From: Coleofasciculus sp. B1-GNL1-01
Lineage (GTDB): Bacteria > Cyanobacteriota > Cyanobacteriia > Cyanobacteriales > Coleofasciculaceae
Strand: one strand, 5' to 3'
Length of the DNA: 64,000 nucleotides
Assembly: GCA_040220235.1 (NCBI GenBank)
Contig: JAVJTO010000135.1
Every line of letters begins with the position of its first letter. Within the stretch, counting starts at the first letter, position 1. The translations under genes and the position numbers were made by a program. The notes beneath the pieces were generated by a model. That model was not told where the DNA came from and did no database searches. It was given only the letters and a program-made list of their open reading frames with translations. Of the stretch, positions 38,629 to 48,543 are shown in pieces.

Positions 38629-39948
38629 CTACTCCACGACTTCAACCACAGTCTCAGGAGATAAACGTTGCTGATGCCATTGGCTAATTTCTTCTCCCGG
38701 TATCAAAATGGGACTTCCTGGGGGAACTTTCTTGATACAACAACCGCTTATTTTACCTACTGCTTGACCAAGAGGTAATTTTTCTTTCCGGCTAAAGAAA
38801 GCCTCTTTAGGCAAGATTTTCATTTTAGGACTACGACAAAAATAACTGTCAGGCAAAGTCTCTATGGGTGCTTTTTCTCTGAGAATTGGCACAACCTTAG
38901 CCAAGGTTTTTCTCATGAATTGGAAATCGTGGTGACTGTGATTAAAAGAGAAAATCAATAACAATCCATGCTCGTCATCAAATTCCCCATCAATGCCGCA
39001 ATTGTACAACAGTTGTGCCAACTCTTCTCCCGTCACGCGATCGCTTTTTAAATAGAGTTTCATCGGATCGCTAACTTGCCGATCATAGGTTAACACCTTG
39101 CCGTAACTATCCAATTGACGACGCAGGCGATCGCATTCCTGAATCGCTTGCCAAAATAACGCTTGACCTTCTTCAGAATACCCCTTCTTAATCGTATCTT
39201 CAATACTCAAAATTAACAGATTACTGCGGGTAGTGGTTTCAAATAAAGGCATCACCCCCATCACTTGCTCAATCGTAAACCGAGAGCAAGAGGGCAAATG
39301 TAATAAAGCCGTTTGTACCAAACTCCCTGTATATTTGTGTAAACTATGAGTGACAAGATCTGCACCGGAATTAATTGCTGATTGCCATTGTTCATCCAGA
39401 AAGGGAAAATGACTCCCATGGGCTTCATCGACGACTAAAGCTATCTCGCGCTCGCGACAGTAATCAGCTATCTTGTCAATATCAATAGTTATCCCTTCAT
39501 AACTCGGATGAGTGAGTAACAAAGCTGATACATCACTGGTTTCCAACGCCGAGATTACTTCTTCCGTCGTCGGCATCAACGACACAGAAGGAATAAAATA
39601 AGGCTCCAATCCGGCTAAGATAATCCCGTGAATTGCAGAAATATGACTGTTCAGAGCGATAGCAACTCGTTTATACTGAGTCCCCAATAAAGCACAAGCC
39701 GTTAATACTCCTTGAGTCCCTCCTCCCGTCAGCCAAAAGGTATGCTTGGTGCCGTACAATTGAGAAAAATGTTGCTCTAGGCTTTCCGTGCGAGGGCGAG
39801 TCAGAAACGGCAGATCATATTGATAGATCTCTTGACTCAGGCGATTGCTATGTTGTCCAATTCCTTGGTGGGCGGGAGTATAAAGGCGAACCTGAATATC
39901 CCGATTATGGGATGCAATTAGCTTATAAGCGGAAGAGGGTTGATTCAT
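38629..39948 (-). CDS. PLP-dependent Orn/Lys/Arg decarboxylase family protein
   Basis: TPAHQG, LTHPSYEG, VDEAHG, THSLHKY (PLP lysine), PPGSPILIPGE. Confidence 0.88.
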   Translation of the reverse strand: MNQPSSAYKLIASHNRDIQVRLYTPAHQGIGQHSNRLSQEIYQYDLPFLTRPRTESLEQHFSQLYGTKHTFWLTGGGTQGVLTACALLGTQYKRVAIALNSHISAIHGIILAGLEPYFIPSVSLMPTTEEVISALETSDVSALLLTHPSYEGITIDIDKIADYCREREIALVVDEAHGSHFPFLDEQWQSAINSGADLVTHSLHKYTGSLVQTALLHLPSCSRFTIEQVMGVMPLFETTTRSNLLILSIEDTIKKGYSEEGQALFWQAIQECDRLRRQLDSYGKVLTYDRQVSDPMKLYLKSDRVTGEELAQLLYNCGIDGEFDDEHGLLLIFSFNHSHHDFQFMRKTLAKVVPILREKAPIETLPDSYFCRSPKMKILPKEAFFSRKEKLPLGQAVGKISGCCIKKVPPGSPILIPGEEISQWHQQRLSPETVVEVVE

Positions 39949-39951
39949 GGC

Positions 39952-41259
39952 TTAGAGGAAAATTGGCTCAATTTGCGGTATTGGGCGAATTGTACTCTTA
40001 ACGAGAATACCATTCCGTAACGCTAACAGCAATCCCGCCGCCTCCATGTAGCTATTGACACGATATATTTTCCTGCCTTGGGTTTCAATTTGCAACCGTT
40101 CCGGGGTAATATCGTACTTAGTGGTATTATCTTTGACTAAGATTACCGGAATATCTTGGTCTAACGACGCCAAGAAAGGAATATTCCCCACGGTTGTTTC
40201 TGGCATCACTACCGCCGAAACATTCTCTACCGATATCCGGGTTTCCCCTGGGGCTACGGGGGTATCAAACCTTACCGGGCGGGGAGAATGAATTAAACCC
40301 TGTAAAGGCGAACAAACATAGGCACTAGAAATTAATTCAGCACCATCTCTGGGATCGACTAATTTACCAAATCCCGTATGTTCCCACTCCAATAATAAGG
40401 GAGCATGGGCAGCCGTAAACGGATAGAAATTAGTTGTCATGTGAGTCATAATCGCTTCCGCACCCCCCCAAGGATTGGGGATCGACTCTCCTCGGTAGTA
40501 AGCCTGACGCACTTGATCATCGACGTGCAACGTCGTGATTAAAGCCACCGCCCTCGCCGCAGACGTTTCCACCACATCTAACGCCTTGATTAACTCCTCC
40601 ATCCCTTTAAATTCCCCAGAAGCATTACCATAGGGGGAATAGGTACAAGCGGTTTCTACTAGACCACCGGTGACGACAACCGGATCAATATTAATTCCTC
40701 CCACAGTACGCAAGCCATTGAGAGCATTCAGCACATTGTTTAAAAATCGCTCATCTCGTGGCTTTTCAATAATCGCCGCGATCGTTTGGCGCTTTTCTGG
40801 AATCACGCCAATATTACCCAGGAGTAACTGACAAATCAGATTCCCTTCCAGGTAAAGCACATTATCCTGAGCGAAATAGATATCCGATGCGGTTACAGCA
40901 TTGGGATTAGTCACCAGATAATCACAAGCCGCCGCTAAAAGATTGGTACTCGGAGTCGCATCTCCAGCAAAACCGCCAATTTCAGCTCTGACGCCTGTCG
41001 GAATAATACTCACGGCGACAAACGGTTGGGCAGAAACCCGTTGACGAAGATTAATATCGAGTAACGATGACCAAACAGGCTCTCTATCCGTATCGATAAA
41101 GCTGGATTCAAAGGTGAGCGTATCTCCTTTAACCTTGGTTAAAATCAAGCGAATGGGAACACCGGGTAAAGGAAGATTGCCAATTGCTTGTGCAATTTTT
41201 CTCCAACTGCGTTGTTGGGGAGGACATTGAATTTCAAAATCTTTGGTATAGACTTGCAC
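39952..41259 (-). CDS. DUF3326 domain protein with N-terminal extension
   Basis: IIPTGVRAEIGGFAGDATP, TNPNAV, YLEGN, GGAEAI, AHAP. Confidence 0.82.
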   Translation of the reverse strand: MQVYTKDFEIQCPPQQRSWRKIAQAIGNLPLPGVPIRLILTKVKGDTLTFESSFIDTDREPVWSSLLDINLRQRVSAQPFVAVSIIPTGVRAEIGGFAGDATPSTNLLAAACDYLVTNPNAVTASDIYFAQDNVLYLEGNLICQLLLGNIGVIPEKRQTIAAIIEKPRDERFLNNVLNALNGLRTVGGINIDPVVVTGGLVETACTYSPYGNASGEFKGMEELIKALDVVETSAARAVALITTLHVDDQVRQAYYRGESIPNPWGGAEAIMTHMTTNFYPFTAAHAPLLLEWEHTGFGKLVDPRDGAELISSAYVCSPLQGLIHSPRPVRFDTPVAPGETRISVENVSAVVMPETTVGNIPFLASLDQDIPVILVKDNTTKYDITPERLQIETQGRKIYRVNSYMEAAGLLLALRNGILVKSTIRPIPQIEPIFL

Positions 41260-41579
41260 CGTCAGCGTTTATATTGTTTGCATTGTAGATGGTTACATAT
41301 ACCATATTGGAAAGCCAGATACAATCCCGGTTAAGAAACTTTAACATTTCTACACAAAATAACCTAGAGCGTCTCCTGTGCTAGAGCGTCTCCTGGGGTG
41401 GCAATCAACTGTCTGGTAGGGGTCACGGGGCGCGGTCGCGCTGAAAAATACGGGTAGTAGCTTCCTTTTATCCTTTTATTAAGAAATATTAATCAAAACC
41501 CGCACTTAGTAGGGATGTAAAAGCTATATTATGGGAAAATCCGAATTTTAGCTAGTATTGTATTGTTCCTAATTGTTAT

Positions 41580-43817
41580 ATGGCTTTTTACAAGAGGCAG
41601 ATGTTTCCCCTAAACAGACATTCAGTAAAACGAGGGTATCAAGTCCATGTCATTATCCTGACTGGCGTTATCTGTGCTGCTGTCTGGTGGATACCAGCGC
41701 GATCGCAAGAAGCCGAAACAGTCGTCGAAGAAGCAACCACTGAACAGGTTGAAGTTCCACCTACGGTTAGCAGCAACATTGACCCGACAGCAGCGATTAC
41801 AACTGCAAGTATTAATATTCCTGTTGATGAGCTTAAACTCTTGGTTCAACCCCTAACCCTAGAAGAACTGGAAATAGAGGCTGCTGCTTGGCTTGCTATC
41901 CTGCAAGCAAAAGTAAAAGAGATTAGTGCAGCAGAAATTGCCATCAAGCAGGCAAACGCAGCCATTGCTAAAGAGCAAGAAGGAGCCACCGCCTTAGAGC
42001 AAGCCAAACAAGCCCTTGAAGAAGCTGAAGTCGCTCAAGCCAATGCGGTTCCCGGTTCCCCAGAAGCTGAAGAGGCTGCCAAGAAAGTTGAAGAGGCAAA
42101 AGAAAAACTTGCAGCAGCCCAAGCTGCCCTTGAGGAAGCCACCGAGCTAAAAGAAGAAGTAGAATCAGATGAAGAATCCACTGCTGCCCTCGAAAGAGCA
42201 ACAGAAGTTGAAGAGTTGCAAAAAGCGCAAGAAGTTCTTGACGAGGCGAAAAAAGCGCGGGAAGAAATGACCGCTGGTTCTGTCACCTATGACTCCCAAA
42301 CCGAAAGAATTGATGCTTTAACTGCCGCGGTCGCTGACCTGGAGAAGGCAAAAGAAGAAAGCCAAGATCTAGTCCCTGATACCCCTGAGTATGAGGAAGC
42401 AACCACAAGAATCGAAGCCTTCCGCTCCAACCTCAGAAAAGCGATCCGCGACCTTGATCCCGATGCCTTGCCAGAAGTAGAAGAGGAAAAACCCTCAGAA
42501 AAACTTGATGAGCTATCATCACTGCTTGAAGACACCGAAGTGGGTGATGGGGAAGCAAAAGTTGCTGGACCTGCAGAAGTTGGTGGTTCAGAAACAGATG
42601 TGGAACAGCAACAACAACAGATTGAAGAAGCAGCAGAAGAACTCCAAGAGAATGCGGAAACAGAGGCAGAAAAGAAAAACCAACTGGTTGTCGCTGTTAC
42701 TCAACTCCAAGGGGAAAGGACAGGAATCATTGACCGCTTCAATGTGATCCTTGACGAACTAGAGAAGAAGGGCGGAGACGGGGAGTTTTATCGCAAATAT
42801 ATTCAAGCAGTGAGTGGAATAGAACTTGATATCAGCGACACTGAAGGCTTAGGTGTTCGCGCGGTCAGTTGGCTGCAATCAGAGGAAGGCGGTTTGCGCT
42901 GGATGCAAAATATTAGTAAATTTCTTGGCGTATTTATTGTCGCTCTGCTCGGTTTTCAGATTGCAGGAATTGCTGTTGATTATGGACTGGCTCGCTTCAG
43001 TCGTACTTCCCAACTACTCCGCCAGTTCCTGGTCATTGTCATCAAGCGTGGCGGTATTCTCGTGGCTTTCCTATTAGCTCTAACAGCCCTAGAAGTCAGT
43101 CTTGGTCCTGTCTTAGCTCTGTTAGGGGGGGTCAGTTTTGTCTTAGCCTTCGCTCTGCAAAGCAACCTTGGAAATTTGGCAAGTGGTCTGATGATTATGG
43201 TCTACAAACCCTTTGATGTTGGCGATGAGGTCAGAGTCCAGGATTTATGGGGTTATATCTACTCCATTAACTTGGCAAATACCCAAATCAAAGGCTTTGA
43301 CCACCAAATCATCACCATTCCCAACAACACAATTTGGGGAAGCATTATCGAAAACCTGACTACCCAAGAAGTCCGTCGCGCTAAAGTTCCGATCAGTGTT
43401 CCCTTCGATACGGATCTCCGCCGGGTCAAAGCGTTATTGATCGAGATTGGCAAGTCCCATCCCTTGACCATCAAAGAAAAAGGACTTTCTGCTTATATTT
43501 GGAAAGGCCGTGACTACTATATACACACAGGACTTAAATTCTGGGCAACAGCGGATGATTTCTGGACAGTTTACGAAGACTTAACCTTTATAATTCAGGA
43601 ACGTTTTCGTGAAGAAGGAATCCCTATTGCAATTCCCCAACAAGATATTCGCCTTCACTATGCCCCCAACGGCAACGGTAATGGCAAACCTCCTCTATCG
43701 GACTCAACATCAACAGTTCATTCTTTAGAGTCTCTACTCCCTCATGACCAGGCTGAACCCCCAATGGATGAAACGGAAAATGAAACGGAAACCTTCGCTG
43801 GTGGTGAAACAGAGTAA
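41580..43817 (+). CDS. MscS-family mechanosensitive channel with long acidic N-terminal domain
   Basis: LAFALQSNLGNLASGLMIMVYKPFDVGD, ITIPNNTIW. Confidence 0.92.
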   Translation: MAFYKRQMFPLNRHSVKRGYQVHVIILTGVICAAVWWIPARSQEAETVVEEATTEQVEVPPTVSSNIDPTAAITTASINIPVDELKLLVQPLTLEELEIEAAAWLAILQAKVKEISAAEIAIKQANAAIAKEQEGATALEQAKQALEEAEVAQANAVPGSPEAEEAAKKVEEAKEKLAAAQAALEEATELKEEVESDEESTAALERATEVEELQKAQEVLDEAKKAREEMTAGSVTYDSQTERIDALTAAVADLEKAKEESQDLVPDTPEYEEATTRIEAFRSNLRKAIRDLDPDALPEVEEEKPSEKLDELSSLLEDTEVGDGEAKVAGPAEVGGSETDVEQQQQQIEEAAEELQENAETEAEKKNQLVVAVTQLQGERTGIIDRFNVILDELEKKGGDGEFYRKYIQAVSGIELDISDTEGLGVRAVSWLQSEEGGLRWMQNISKFLGVFIVALLGFQIAGIAVDYGLARFSRTSQLLRQFLVIVIKRGGILVAFLLALTALEVSLGPVLALLGGVSFVLAFALQSNLGNLASGLMIMVYKPFDVGDEVRVQDLWGYIYSINLANTQIKGFDHQIITIPNNTIWGSIIENLTTQEVRRAKVPISVPFDTDLRRVKALLIEIGKSHPLTIKEKGLSAYIWKGRDYYIHTGLKFWATADDFWTVYEDLTFIIQERFREEGIPIAIPQQDIRLHYAPNGNGNGKPPLSDSTSTVHSLESLLPHDQAEPPMDETENETETFAGGETE

Positions 43818-43874
43818 GGTAGTGCAGCGCGGTAGAAGTAACTGACTGCTGGTCTGTCAAGATGAAAAGAAGGG

Positions 43875-43921
43875 ATGAACTACCCAGACCTACTTCGTTG
43901 AGGTCTGGGTAGTTCATTTTA
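43875..43921 (+). terminator. Rho-independent terminator
   Basis: ATGAACTACCCAGACCT-loop-AGGTCTGGGTAGTTCAT followed by Ts. Confidence 0.85.
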
Positions 43922-44131
43922 ACCACTGAGTATTAGATTTACAGCAGATTGCAGGTAAATGAAGTACACCTACATAGTGCGGTTCTTCAGGACTTATTAT
44001 GCTAAATTGCCTCAGACGATGCCCACGATTATTGCGGCACAAGGATTTTGGGGATTATTTTGAATTTAACTAGAAGATTGAGACAGAAAATCCCAGTATA
44101 ACCAATATAGATGGCTTTGGCGTCGTTTTAA

Positions 44132-45079
44132 CTAACAGTTTGGCATAGTAAGTCCGGAAGAACCGGGGTGTTCAGAACCTACCGATGTTTTTACGCTAGC
44201 TGGTAACTCGGAAGACTGAACGCTTAGAACCTTGGAACAAGCCAGCAGCTTGGTTTCAGTAGGCACTTTAAGCTTTGACGCTAACTTTAAGAACTCAAGC
44301 ATTTTAATGAAGCTAAACGTGGGATCAGGAAGATAGACAACCTGTCCAGAACGAATGGTTATCCCATGGCGACTGGATGACTGAAAGGCATGATGGAGAT
44401 TATGCCAGCCTTCACCCAGCGTTAAAAATGCTACAAACTGATTATTGCAACTGAGATCGTCAGTTATAAAAGGTTGTTTGCCCACAATATGGCAAAGGGA
44501 GTTGACGGTTTGCACACCATGAAACAGCAGGGTTGTGCTGAGAAAAAATGCACCCAGATATTCAACGCCACCCATGACAAAAGAAATTGCCCCAAGTGCC
44601 ACTACAGGGATAAAGTGCAAACGGTCAATCACCTTTAAAACAGTATCATTCTCAACATCAACGGGTAGCTTAGCAGGAAAGAACCGGGGGGATAATAGCC
44701 AACCCCCTTGAGACCAATAAAATCCTCTGATCCCCTGAACAGGTGTACAGGGGGAATGGGGATCGAGATCTTGATCGACATGTTTATGATGGGCTACATG
44801 GTGTGCTTTCCACCAACTTGAACCCATCTGCCCCGCCGCCGCCACGATACTTCCCACCCATAAAACTGGAGCAGGAGCCTGATAGCTTTTGTGGGTGAGT
44901 AGTCGATGGTAGATGCCAGTTGTTGCCAGCATACGGATGACATATAAAAATATGATCCATAGGAGAGCGCCCCACGATAAACCCGTGATTAAAACAAGTA
45001 ACGATCCGATATGGCTAAAGATAATCAGCGTCGGACCGATTAGATAAGAAATAATTGTCAGTGGAGAATATTGCCTCAT
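44132..45079 (-). CDS. Delta-9-type acyl-lipid desaturase paralogue
   Basis: His boxes YHRLLTH, HVAHH and GEGWHNLHH. Confidence 0.88.
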   Translation of the reverse strand: MRQYSPLTIISYLIGPTLIIFSHIGSLLVLITGLSWGALLWIIFLYVIRMLATTGIYHRLLTHKSYQAPAPVLWVGSIVAAAGQMGSSWWKAHHVAHHKHVDQDLDPHSPCTPVQGIRGFYWSQGGWLLSPRFFPAKLPVDVENDTVLKVIDRLHFIPVVALGAISFVMGGVEYLGAFFLSTTLLFHGVQTVNSLCHIVGKQPFITDDLSCNNQFVAFLTLGEGWHNLHHAFQSSSRHGITIRSGQVVYLPDPTFSFIKMLEFLKLASKLKVPTETKLLACSKVLSVQSSELPASVKTSVGSEHPGSSGLTMPNC

Positions 45080-45395
45080 TTTTTTTCTATTGTCCTAAAA
45101 GGATGGTTGAATAAGCCGTTAATGAAATCTGTCTCTACTTTCCTATTGCCGAGAAACTCCTCTGACCTACAAAAAAACCGCATAACCTAAGCTTGTCAAG
45201 TCATGCGGTTCAATATAACTAATGAATCTTAAATTCAATTATTTATTAATTGAGTTAGCAGCAAGCTATCTTCAAATTAATAAATTAGAGTAGAACAATA
45301 CCTACGTTGGCTAACTCTTCAAAAAATCTGATGAAAACAAACTTCTGACCCTTCGCGACCCTCAAGGCATACGTTTAAACTCCCCAAGCATTTGA

Positions 45396-46244
45396 CTAGG
45401 CTGCCTTTTGGGGCGGTAGGACAACTTTCTTCGCTAAACCCACTCCTTGTAGGAGTTTAATTGCCCACCATGTCATATCGATTTCCCACCATTTGCGTCC
45501 AGCCGGAGCAACATTGGGTTGCGCGTGGTGGTTGTTGTGCCAACCTTCTCCGTAGGTTAAGATAGCTGCCCACCAGAGATTGCGAGACCCATCGTTAACT
45601 TCATAAGTTTGATAACCGCGCAGGTGAGTGGCAGAATTAATTAACCAGGTGCTGTGCCACAGTACGACAGCGCGAACAAAGACACCCCAGAATACAAATT
45701 GCCATCCTCCGACTACGTAAAGCAATAAACCCAGGGGAAGTTGTAACAATAAGAAGTAGCGATCTAACCAGCGATAATAGGTATCTCTAGCGATATCAGG
45801 AGCGTATTTTTGATAAACGTCATAATCAAAAAATTCGGGCTTATGATAGAACAGCCAAAGCATGTGACTCCACCAAAACCCATGGCGTGCTGAGTAAGGG
45901 TCTTTGTTTGCATCATCAGGGTGAGCATGGTGCTGACGGTGTGCTGCTACCCAGAAGATTGGTCCTCCTTGGAGAGCTACAGCCCCGATGGTGGTCAGGA
46001 TATATTCTAACCACTTAGGCACTTGAAAACTCCGATGGGTCAAAAGCCGATGATAGGCTAAACAAATGCCAATGCTGCCAAAGAGCCAATGGAGAAATAT
46101 CATTACTCCCAAGGCTGACCATGAAAAAAACCAGGGCGCCAGCAGTGCCAAGGCGTGAATCGTGCCAAAAAATAGCAGACTGGGCCAATGGAAGGGTAAG
46201 TTAGTGCGACTTTGAGGAGGCGCTGAGATTGAATGATTAGTCAT
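45396..46244 (-). CDS. desC: Delta-9 acyl-lipid desaturase
   Basis: YHRLLTHRSF, HRQHH, GEGWHNNHH, WWEIDMTW. Confidence 0.92.
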   Translation of the reverse strand: MTNHSISAPPQSRTNLPFHWPSLLFFGTIHALALLAPWFFSWSALGVMIFLHWLFGSIGICLAYHRLLTHRSFQVPKWLEYILTTIGAVALQGGPIFWVAAHRQHHAHPDDANKDPYSARHGFWWSHMLWLFYHKPEFFDYDVYQKYAPDIARDTYYRWLDRYFLLLQLPLGLLLYVVGGWQFVFWGVFVRAVVLWHSTWLINSATHLRGYQTYEVNDGSRNLWWAAILTYGEGWHNNHHAQPNVAPAGRKWWEIDMTWWAIKLLQGVGLAKKVVLPPQKAA

Positions 46245-46270
46245 TGAGAATCGTTACAGTAGGAATTGAG

Positions 46271-46341
46271 GTGCAAGTGTTACTTACACTTCTACCATCA
46301 GCTTAACCACTGTTCCATCAAAATGCAAGTATCACTTACAT
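46271..46341. promoter_or_regulatory. Two 19-bp inverted-repeat operators between desC and the TetR gene
   Basis: GTGCAAGTGTTACTTACAC (46271-46289) and ATGCAAGTATCACTTACAT (46323-46341). Confidence 0.75.
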
Positions 46342-46350
46342 TATTAAACT

Positions 46351-47658
46351 ATGTCTCGTACCAGTTCTGCAACACGAGCGCGTTTGATTCAAGCAGCGCT
46401 TGAGTTGTTTACCGTTCAGGGGGTTACTGAGACAACCACACGTCAGATTGCTGAATTAGCCCAGGTTAATGAAGTCACACTGTTCCGTCACTTTGGGAAC
46501 AAACAAGGATTGCTCTTAGCCGTGATCGAAGACTCTGGGGTATTTACCCGTCTGGGTGAATCACTCAGAGCCCAAGTCGATCAGACAACGACGTTTGAGC
46601 AGGCGCTGATTAACTATGGACGCGATCGCCTTCAAGCTCTCACGCAAATGCCCGAGTTACTGCGCTCTGTGGTGGGGGAGTCAGGAAAATATACGGTTGA
46701 GCATCGTCAGGCGTTAGGAGAAGGGGTTACCCAAGCTAACCTGGACTTCGCTGATTATCTTACCATCGTGATTCAACGCGATCGCTTATTATTGCGATTG
46801 TCGGCGGAAAAATTAGCCAGCTTGGTTAATGTGATGTTATTCGGGTATCTGGTGATTGAACTAACTAGCGAGTTCCACCAGCTTTGGCAAAGTCAGGAGG
46901 AGTTTTTGCAAAGTTTGCTCGAACTCATCTTACACGGAGCTTTTGCAGACGGAGAGCTACAGAGACGGGAAGAGACACAGAGACGGGAAGAGGCGGAGGA
47001 AGAGCCAGGAAGCGGCGATACAGGGGAGATAGTGCGCCAGCCTGTCCCCGATTCTTCACCGAATGCGCCTTCTCCGGTGATTTACTCTGAGACGGTAGCC
47101 GATTTACCCGCATCCTTAGTTCATGAAATTTTGCAACAAGCGAAAAAAAGCGGATTACGGGATTATGCTCTCGCTTATGTCCTCTTTGGTGCAGGGTTGC
47201 GGATAGAAGAAATTATTGCCTTAGAGCGATCGCACCAAATTAGTGACGCCCACAGACATTTGTTGCAAGTGACTCACGGTAACGTGCGCCAAGTCCCTGT
47301 CAATCAGTGGATTATGGGCAAACGCTATGGTTCATACACCCGCAATCCCTTAAACCAATGGCTCAAAAGTCGTAAAGATGATCGCTCACCTATGTTTGTT
47401 AATGAAGCCTTGGAACGGATGTCTGTGCCAGAATTAAGAGCCGCATGGCGTAACTTTACCGCTAAGTTTGAAACGCCATCTCCCTCAATTGAGCAAGCGC
47501 GACAGACTTGGTGTGTGGAACTGTTAATGCGAGGAATGAATGTGGAGGATTTGAGTATTTTAAGCGGTTTTGATGTGAAACAATTAGAACCTTATGTGCG
47601 TCGGGCAAGGGAAAAAACGGCATTGGAGCGGGCGATTCGTTTAGATCAAAAACCTTGA
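46351..47658 (+). CDS. TetR-family regulator fused to a tyrosine-recombinase-like C-terminal domain
   Basis: TTTRQIAELAQVNEVTLFRHFGNK HTH; RDYALAYVLFGAGLRIEEI integrase box I. Confidence 0.88.
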   Translation: MSRTSSATRARLIQAALELFTVQGVTETTTRQIAELAQVNEVTLFRHFGNKQGLLLAVIEDSGVFTRLGESLRAQVDQTTTFEQALINYGRDRLQALTQMPELLRSVVGESGKYTVEHRQALGEGVTQANLDFADYLTIVIQRDRLLLRLSAEKLASLVNVMLFGYLVIELTSEFHQLWQSQEEFLQSLLELILHGAFADGELQRREETQRREEAEEEPGSGDTGEIVRQPVPDSSPNAPSPVIYSETVADLPASLVHEILQQAKKSGLRDYALAYVLFGAGLRIEEIIALERSHQISDAHRHLLQVTHGNVRQVPVNQWIMGKRYGSYTRNPLNQWLKSRKDDRSPMFVNEALERMSVPELRAAWRNFTAKFETPSPSIEQARQTWCVELLMRGMNVEDLSILSGFDVKQLEPYVRRAREKTALERAIRLDQKP

Positions 47659-47966
47659 GTAGGGTCTACAGTTACGGAGGAATCATAAATGCTTCTAATA
47701 ATAATGGTAGCAACGGTAGGTGTTTGGGTCTATATGGATTCACGAAGTATTCCCAGTTATAATGCAAAATGGTAATTTTCGCTCTTTTCTATTAGTAATC
47801 TGCGCTCTATAGATTAGCGATCGCATCTTTAAGAACAGCCGTTGCCAATGAATGATCTATGATAGTAGTTGCCAGTCTAGCAAAAATATGCTAGGTTAGT
47901 GAACAAAAATAACTCAGGCGAAATAAGTGTCAGACAGTCTATTAAAATGACATAAATAATACAGTT

Positions 47967-48173
47967 ATCCTCAATTCTTTTGAACAGACGCTAATTAAAA
48001 AAATTCGTGACTTACCTCCTGGTAAACTTGAAGAAGTCGCCGATTTTGTCGATTTTTTACTAGGACGCAGCGAACAGCATCAGACGATGGTTCGAGAAGC
48101 CGCTAAACTTTCGGAAAAGACATTTGCCAAGGTCTGGGATAATCCAGATGATGCTGAATATGACCAGCTATAA
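47967..48173 (+). pseudogene. Antitoxin (DUF2281-like) lacking an ATG start
   Basis: (ATC)LNSFEQTLIKKIRDLPPGKLEEVADFVDFL...FAKVWDNPDDAEYDQL*; in-frame TAA upstream at 47943. Confidence 0.65.
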
Positions 48174-48498
48174 TTTTGGAGATATTATCCTCGTTCCATT
48201 TCCTTTTACCAATCAAACAACGAGTAAGAAACGTCCAGCCGTTGTCATTAGTTCTGATACCTACAACCAAGAACATCCTGACTTGATTGTGATGGCGATT
48301 ACCAGTTAAAGTCGGCAGATACTGATGTTTGGTGATGTGACAATAACAAACTGGCAAGAAGCTGGGCTACTCAAGCCATCTATTATTAAAGCGATCGTTA
48401 CGACAGTTGAGAAAACCCTGGTTTTGAGGAAACTTGGACAACTCCAAGCTTATGATATCGATGTACTAAGAGAATCATTAGTAAGGATTATCGGCTAG
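48160..48498 (+). pseudogene. PemK/MazF toxin with internal stop
   Basis: MTSYNFGDIILVPFPFTNQTTSKKRPAVVIS...AITS*(TAA 48307-48309)SRQILMFGDV...AGLLKPSIIK...IIG* in the same frame. Confidence 0.88.
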
Positions 48499-48543
48499 TG
48501 CAGCGCTGCGGAGGGTTTGGCAGCAGTAGGGATCAATTTCGAT

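Noticed and set aside
33326..41259. A true saxitoxin (sxt) cluster
   Set aside because: No sxtA, sxtG, sxtB or sxtI-like scaffold genes are in the window; only tailoring-type homologues are present.
41284..41297. NtcA box upstream of the biosynthetic operon (TGTAGATGGTTACA)
   Set aside because: Spacing is GTA-N6-TAC, not the GTA-N8-TAC consensus.
46351..47658. Prophage or integrative-element integrase
   Set aside because: The HxxR motif is degenerate, it is fused to TetR, it is HIP1-rich host-like DNA, and there are no att sites or phage genes.
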